DNA of 26,708 nt, from the NCBI GenBank assembly GCA_024704765.1, contig JAKMXF010000128.1, positions 1 to 26,708 of the forward strand, written 5' to 3'. The notes under the pieces were generated by a model that saw only the letters and a program-made list of their open reading frames with translations, had not been told where the DNA came from and did no database searches. This document shows, piece by piece, positions 22,223 through 26,708 of this stretch. How positions within the stretch are numbered: position 1 is the stretch's first letter; every line of letters begins with the position of its first letter. The DNA comes from Oopsacas minuta (lineage: Eukaryota > Animalia > Porifera). Made by a program: the position numbers and the translations under genes.

Positions 22223-22389
22223 CAGTATTCTCTGATTTCCGGGGATGCTGTCAAAATTCTTGGGGTATAACAAAATATTCGGGTGGTACAAGTAATATAT
22301 TGCAATAATGGAAGAAATTCAGGAAAATATCCTCAAACATTTGTAAGCGAAAATTCTGGGAGCCCCTGAATTCCTTAGAGGGAACGCTG
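22223..22389. mobile_element. 167-bp decayed hAT MITE
   Basis: Ends CAGTATTCTC / GGGAACGCTG. Flanking 8-mers GTTGATAG and GTTGATAA match at 7 of 8 positions. Confidence 0.65.
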
Positions 22390-23182
22390 GTTGATAATAC
22401 ATTCTAAACATCAAAACAAGACAGATCTAGGATGAAATGAATTTAAAATACGATAAGAGCCAAGTTGCGCCCCGCAAGTAAGGAAGATAAATAATGAAAT
22501 GTGTGTACGCTTTCACGTGTTCGAATTAACATGTTCTTATTTGTTCGAAATTCTAAGATTGTCATTTGTTCGACTAATATATTCCTTTGTTGTCATTTGT
22601 TCGACTGATATTTCTTATATTGTCATTGTTGTATTAACAGTATTAGTCCTACTCTCGTTGATGGCGTTAAGCAAGTCCTAGTCTTTTCGTAGTTTTTGTA
22701 GAGGGAAGGCGCATACATTAGTTCTACTTGTATGTAGGTTTAGTTTGAATACTTGGCACAACGTGCCAAATTAGTCTACAATTTATGATTGTATTTTACA
22801 TGTAGTCAGTAGAAACATATGAAAGGTTGGTTGTTTCGCTCATCATGATTTTGCATAAATAATTATGGATCGGATTCAACTTCATCATTAATATATTCCT
22901 GGACAAAATATACCTCTTTCGGTCGTGAAAATATATACTAGGTCACTCCAGTTACATACATTGTTATCCATTATAGAGGAATACAAATATCATGAGTGAG
23001 AATAATGCTATATTATGAAAATATAACTATTAGAGAAAATAATTTTCATCTCGACTAAGTATATGGAACGAAAACATATAGATATGTATACCCTATACTT
23101 CATCAATAATTAACAACTAATTGTCCTAACTAAACTCAAATTATCTAATAAATGTAATCACGAATCTATAATATTAAGGTCT

Positions 23183-24765
23183 CTAAACATCTTTAATTGT
23201 TTTCCAAAGAAAGACACAAGAGTCGTCACCACCAGTAGTTACAAGATAATCGTCGTTACAGGTAAATCTCAGATTTGTAACGTGAGCAGAATGCCCATGA
23301 AATTGAAGATATGTTGCATTCTTTTTATTAACAGGAAAGTTAAACAATTTTACTAATCCATAATCATCACCAGTTGCAAGTATATGACCACGGTTGGAAA
23401 GATGGGAATTATTCACATCCCCAGATTCTGAATCTTCTGACCAGATTCCTAAGAGATCTGGACCACTCACACACGTTAATGTTGACCAAATGATTTTCCC
23501 AATAACTTCATTATCCAATATGAGATTAGCGTCACTTATTTGGTAAATTAAGCGTTGATACTGTAATGTATTTATTTGGATAAAGTTAGAATCATGAGAC
23601 CAATCAAGATTTGATGTAATTCCTTTAAATCCTTTACATGTAGCATGTTTTATTAGATGTGGAAGTTTGTAGATATCTACAAAGTTTTTCGAACAAGCAA
23701 CAGCCAATTTGGTTCCATCTGGAGAAAATTTAATAATATTAATGGTTGATGAGTAATCTCGTTTTTTCTTGATCGCGGACTCCATCTCCAACGTTCCATT
23801 CTCTTTCAGTTCAAATAATGTAAATTGTCCATTACAGAAACCAGCAGCAATTAAATCTGCGTTAGGATTTATATCAATGCTTTGAGCTGGGCCTGATAAA
23901 TTTTTAAGGGTGCTAATTATTCTTTTGGTACACAGATCCCATGATTTAATACAAGAATCATGTGAAGCAGTAATTGCAATCATCTTACTTGGATGAATCG
24001 CTAGACCCCATAACTCTCCATATCCATGTCCTTGATTCAATATTGTTTTAATATCGTCTTTAATTTGAATTATCATGCTATCATTGGTGCCAACTATTAT
24101 CATATTATTAATGGAATCAATCGCTCTAATGTCTGAAGCAATGTTTCTACTAATTATTTCTTGGATTTTCACTCCTTCAAGGGACGATAATTTTAACACT
24201 ACATCAATATCAGAAGAACCTCTTGAACCACTCAAAATACCATCAGGATGAGAAGCTAGAGCCCAAATTGGACCATTATGTAGTTTAATCGTATTGCTAA
24301 TCAAAAGGTCTTGAAATATATACATTGTTCCACTCAAACTACCTACAATAATTTTTTGATCACCACATTCCAATATTGATAACATAGTTTCACAAGGTGT
24401 ATCTATCCCTAAAGATAGTCTTTCTGAAACCATATTGCTTCCAGTAACACACCAATACTTTATATGTGAAATACCACATGTGATCAGAGAAAGATTATCA
24501 ATTTGATTAGATTGTTTAGATTTCGGTGTCGTTATACACAATACCTGAAATATTCGGTATTGGCTTCCATCGACTTTCGAAATTAATGAGCCTTCTCTCC
24601 AGTTCCAAATAGCTATTGTATGACAGTCATCAATTCCCACTGATGCTAACAATATGCCAGAATTTGAAAAAGAAAGAGAACACACACCTTTACTGTGTGC
24701 ACCTGTTAGAATTGACTCTGGCTCTTTGTTAAAAACTTTCCATACATGAATTGATCCATCTTTAC
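23183..24765 (-). CDS. EML6: EML5/EML6-like protein, terminal exon (rest of TAPE domain 3, 526 aa after the split Gly)
   Basis: Acceptor ctattAG (24767-24766), then GKDGSIHVW..AHSKGV..QGHGYGELWGLAIHP..KFSPDG..LDWSHD..ATGDDYGLVKLFNFP..GHSAHVTNLRF..GGDDSCVFLWKTIKDV*. 1583 nt uninterrupted and collinear with the EML6 C-terminus as I recall it. Confidence 0.93.
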
Positions 24766-25619
24766 CTAATAGAACACAATAATTGGTATTTACAAGGTGT
24801 GGGACATATATTATCATACTGTCCTTTGAAAAATTATAATTGTAACCTAAGTATATATACTTACTTATATATTTTAGATTAAAAATGACAGGGCGCATTT
24901 AGATTGTTTGGTGCCTTAGGCAGTATAAGATTGGGGGGGGGCCTAACTATCCTTAGCTGGCCCTAATTTCCAAGGTGATTATAAAAATTGTTCTAGCAAA
25001 TCCTGAGTGATGATCTTAGTTTGAAGAATTTGTGTCATATTTATACAGCAACAAATATATGCTTGAGAGCTTATATTTGTCGCAGTATAAATATGACACA
25101 AATTGAAAACTAAGGGGTCCATATTTTTTCATTAGACCACTCCAATACAAAACAGGTTATAGGTTATATAACTTTTGGAAAATGTTCTAAATGTTCAAAA
25201 ATAACTTATTGTATCCAATTCTACTGTGGACAAATATATCTCACTATATTACGCCAACATGTGAAAACTTGGCACCCTTTTCATAGTTTGTACAACTTTA
25301 TCCTCTAGTATTGTTTCCATGCATCCGAACAATCTTACTCGAACGAATTATTCTGCAATTGGAATACTACTGTTCGGATTAGCTAGGATGTACTGTATAT
25401 TATTTCCCATCACCCGCCCCGTCTGTATTTGGGGCCCGCATCAATTTCTCCATTATTTTTTAATTCATTCATTACTTTATAGTAATTTTCAATGAAGTCA
25501 CCTATGGGTTAGAACCTCTCCCAAACTTACCCCTAATTAAAGTAGTAATGCAAATACTGTTTTCATACACCATAGATAATAATAGAAGTTAAACTTATAG
25601 TTTTTCTTCGGGGGCAGCA

Positions 25620-25714
25620 TTGTTAGAATTTCTACAGTTTGCACTCGTTAGAATGAGTTTTCATATGTTTGCATTTGTTAGAATGAGTTTTTCATATGTT
25701 TGCATCTGTTAGAA
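25620..25714 (-). repeat. TTCTAACAA-motif repeat, inverted copy of 10539-10603 with one extra unit
   Basis: Tandem pair of an about 30-bp unit, gttagaatgagttt(t)tcatatgtttgcat(t/c)t. Confidence 0.8.
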
Positions 25715-25892
25715 AGGTTCATTCATGATGCAGTGTTGAATGCACAACTCCAACGCCTTCATCATATCAGCCAAAAATATTGTTGTTTGCCACTGAATTT
25801 GATCTCTCCGGCAGAGGAACCAAACAAGTTCCCATCTGAATCGTATTTAACAACATTTTTGTCTCTGGTATAAATTTACAACTAATTATTTG

Positions 25893-26708
25893 ATGGAATA
25901 TACATTGGAGGAATACAAACGTATTGCCGGAAAGGTTTTCGCTACGTCAGATGGAAACAAATACATTCTTTCTAAATCAAATGTCAATTTTGTTTACCTA
26001 AGGTGTGCTTTATTCAGAGATGGGTTGCAAAGGAACATGTAAACTCAATCGTGAAGGGATCCGATTACTCCCTTAAATTCGCATAATCATGACCGTGAAG
26101 CGTATAAAACTGAATTATTCGCTCTCAAAACAAAATGTAAGACAGTTGCAGGAAACTCGCAAATGAATCTCCGGAAGGTTTTCGATGATGTGACAAGAGA
26201 TGATCCACGGGCATGTGAAATATCTTTTTCAGAATGCGAATCCACGATGTTTCGGGCGAGAAAAACTCTAGAACCTAAGATCCCTCAGACAGCTTCGGAA
26301 TTTAGTGACATGATAACAACTACAAACTTCTGGAAGTACTACAATTTTAGCGTCTCTGTTGGCAATGAACTTGGTGTGGTATTATTTTCAGAGCCTATGA
26401 AAGATTTTTTATCACATATTACCAACATACAATACGATGGGACATTCTTTACTGTACCCATTCAATTTTATCAGTTGTGGACCATTTTCATTTCAGTGGG
26501 AAGGCACACTCTACTTGCGATACACTGCTTATTGACCGGGAAAAACTAACAGCTATATCAAGCCATACTGGAAAGCATTTCGCAGAATATTCCTCACTTT
26601 CGACCTCTCGCCTCAATGTCAGATTGGGAAGACGCCTCTCGAAATGCGTTTAGAGAAACTTATCCCCAGGTAAAGATTTATGGATGCTGGTTTCATTTCA
26701 CCCAGCGT
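25893..26708 (+). pseudogene. MULE (Mutator-like) transposase pseudogene, runs off the window
   Basis: N-terminal zinc-finger-like YLRC..CKG..HNH with two frameshifts, then QYDGTFFTVP..FYQLWTI (D1), LLTGKN*, MSDWE (D2) and GCWFHFTQ. Confidence 0.9.

Noticed and set aside
21620-22681. Overlapping short ORFs at 21.6-22.7 kb and most other 60-100-aa ORFs in the track
   Set aside because: No recognisable motifs. Many are antisense or alternate frames of transposon remnants or AT-rich intron-like DNA.
24766-24898. First 44 codons of the 571-aa ORF as an N-terminus
   Set aside because: Low-complexity AT-rich sequence before a clear acceptor. EML homology starts at GKDGSIHVW, so this is intron.
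3534-25714. Inverted repeats driving circRNA-style back-splicing of the two EML exons
   Set aside because: No substantial complementary pair links the flank beyond the donor (<3783) with the flank before the acceptor (>24766), and a circle could not encode the full protein.
1-26708. Species assignment (the transposon repertoire and exon style reminded me of a glass sponge genome)
   Set aside because: Impression only; cannot be supported without a database search.

Overview
AT-rich eukaryotic (metazoan-like) genomic DNA, dominated by decayed and nested DNA transposons. The only clearly intact host coding sequence is two large minus-strand exons of an EML5/EML6-type (triple TAPE/WD40-HELP) microtubule-associated protein: 3784-4514 and 23183-24765. 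Their splice sites are phase-compatible and join as ATGQIG|KDGSIHVW, but they lie in the wrong order: the terminal, stop-carrying exon is about 21 kb upstream of the exon that should precede it. A spliced Ginger1-like integrase transposon is also out of order. Its 5' half (left TIR, H2C2, DDE core) is at 14.4-15.9 kb and its 3' half (GPY motif, OTU protease, right TIR) is at 0.6-3.6 kb, again with a phase-compatible junction. Misassembly or partial duplication are the null explanations; real rearrangement or trans-splicing are the exciting ones. Also present: a 2.3 kb long-TIR element carrying a Ulp1/SENP-like protease remnant with a nested hAT derivative, ZNF862-like hAT and MULE transposase pseudogenes, several MITEs with TSDs, and perfect hairpins. 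No rRNA, tRNA or CRISPR array was seen. Family assignments come from manual translation and remembered motifs, not database searches.
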